A stretch of DNA of 64,000 nt from Macrostomum hystrix (lineage: Eukaryota > Animalia > Platyhelminthes), in assembly GCA_950097015.1 (NCBI GenBank), contig CATNEN010000038.1, positions 15,686,001-15,750,000 of the forward strand. Direction: 5' to 3'. Under the pieces are notes generated by a model that was not told the origin of the DNA, made no database searches, and saw only the letters and a list, made by a program, of their open reading frames with translations. Each line of letters begins with the position of its first letter. Position 1 is the stretch's first letter. Below are positions 61,929 to 64,000 of the stretch, in pieces. The translations under genes were made by a program, and so were the position numbers.

Positions 61929-64000
61929 CAGATCACTCAAGCTTCAGATCACACTCAAGCTTCAGATCACACTCAAGCTTCAGATCACACTCAAGCCTCA
62001 GATCACACTCGAACTTCAGATCACACTCAAGCTTCAGATCACACTCAAACTTCAGATCACACTCAAACTTCAGATCACACTCAAACTTCAGATCACACTC
62101 GAACTTCAGATCACACTCAAGCTTCAGATCACACTCAAACTTCAGATCACACTCAAACTTCAGATCACACTCAAACTTCAGATCACACTCAAGCTTCAGA
62201 TCACACTCAAGCTTCAGATCACACTCAAACTTCAGATCACACTCAAGCTTCAGATCACACTCAAGCTTCAGATCACACTCAAGCCTCAGATCACACTCAA
62301 GCTTCAGATCACACTCAAGCTTCAGATCACACTCAAGCTTCAGATCACACTCAAACTCAGATCACACTCAAACTTCAGATCACACTCAAACTCAGATCAC
62401 ACTCAAACTTCAGATCACACTCAAACTTCAGATCACACTCAAACTCAGATCACACTCAAGCTTCAGATCACACTCAAACTTCAGATCACACTCAAACTTC
62501 AGATCACACTCAAGCTTCAGATCACACTCAAGCCTCAGATCACACTCAAGCCTCAGATCACACTCAATTTCAGATCACACTCAAACTTCAGATCACACTC
62601 AAACTCAGATCACACTCAAACTTCAGATCACACTCAAGCTTCAGATCACACTCAAACTCAGATCACACTCAAGCTTCAGATCACACTCAAACTTCAGATC
62701 ACACTCAAACTTCAGATCACACTCAAACTTCAGATCACACTCAAACTCAGATCACACTCAAACTTCAGATCAGATTCACACTCAAGCCTCAGATCACACT
62801 CAAGCTTCAGATCACACTCAAGCTTCAGATCACACTCAAGCTTCAGATCACACTCAAACTTCAGATCACACTCAAACTTCAGATCACACTCAAACTCAGA
62901 TCACACTCAAACTTCAGATCACACTCAAACTTCAGATCACACTCAAACTTCAGATCACACTCAAGCTTCAGATCACACTCAAACTTCAGATCACACTCAA
63001 ACTTCAGATCACACTCAAAGCTTCAGATCACACTCAAGCCTCAGATCACACTCAAGCCTCAGATCACACTCAATCTTCAGATCACACTCAAACTTCAGAT
63101 CACACTCAAACTCAGATCACACTCAAACTTCAGATCACACTCAAGCTTCAGATCACACTCAAACTCAGATCACACTCAAGCTTCAGATCACACTCAAACT
63201 TCAGATCACACTCAAACTTCAGATCACACTCAAACTTCAGATCACACTCAAACTCAGATCACACTCAAACTTCAGATCACACTCAAGCCTCAGATCACAC
63301 TCAAGCCTCAGATCACACTCAAACTTCAGATCACACTCAAACTTCAGATCACACTCAAACTTCAGATCACACTCAAACTTCAGATCACACTCAAACTTCA
63401 GATCACACTCAAACTTCAGATCACACTCAAACTTCAGATCACACTCAAACTTCAGATCACACTCAAACTTCAGATCACACTCAAACTTCAGATCACACTC
63501 AAGCTTCAGATCACACTCAAGCTTCAGATCACACTCAAACTTCAGATCACACTCAAGCCTCAGATCACACTCAAGCTCAGATCACACTCAAGCCTTCAGA
63601 TCACACTCAAGCTTCAGATCACACTCAAACTTCAGATCACACTCAAACTTCAGATCACACTCAATTTCAGATCACACTCAAACTTCAGATCACACTCAAG
63701 CTTCAGATCACACTCAAGCTTCAGATCACACTCAAGCTTCAGATCACACTCAAGCCTCAGATCACACTCAAGCCTCAGATCACACTCAAGCCTCAGATCA
63801 CACTCAAGCCTCAGATCACACTCGAACTTCAGATCACACTCAAGCCTCAGATCACACTCAAGCTTCAGATCACACTCAAGCTTCAGATCACACTCAAGCT
63901 TCAGATCACACTCGAACTTCAGATCACACTCAAGCTTCAGATCACACTCAAGCTTCAGATCACACTCAAGCTTCAGATCACACTCAAACTCAGATCACAC
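61929..64000. repeat. Satellite, 18-nt unit CAGATCACACTCAA(G/A)CTT, running off the window end
   Basis: Directly visible. Confidence 0.98.

Overview
Eukaryotic (invertebrate animal) genomic DNA, not prokaryotic. The minisatellite load, short GT-AG introns and acceptor sites just before start codons would fit a flatworm such as Macrostomum, but that is a guess. About 45% of the window is tandem repeat (7-34 nt units), including a 13.9-kb 16-mer array that keeps perfect phase. Nearly all long ORFs in the supplied track are artefacts of these repeats. The real genes are short and partly hidden by introns. (1) Two spliced, highly divergent TNF-superfamily-like type II membrane ligand genes (15125-18678 and 27558-29124) share exon structure and extra cysteine pairs; an inverted, frameshifted partial copy of the first lies between them. 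(2) Two single-exon Ig-domain type I membrane proteins (29858-30706 and 36404-36916) share an Asp inside the transmembrane helix. (3) A small secreted peptide precursor with a TATA box. (4) An intronless RPL28. Mobile DNA includes an intact DD34D mariner, a non-autonomous Mutator-like element carrying a PHD finger, several MITEs with target-site duplications, two tRNA-derived SINE families (one with a CORE-like domain) and a BEL/Pao fragment. The best candidate for an undescribed system is the compact TNF-like ligand / acidic-TM Ig protein / secreted peptide cluster at 15-39 kb. All calls were made by eye; no database searches were run.
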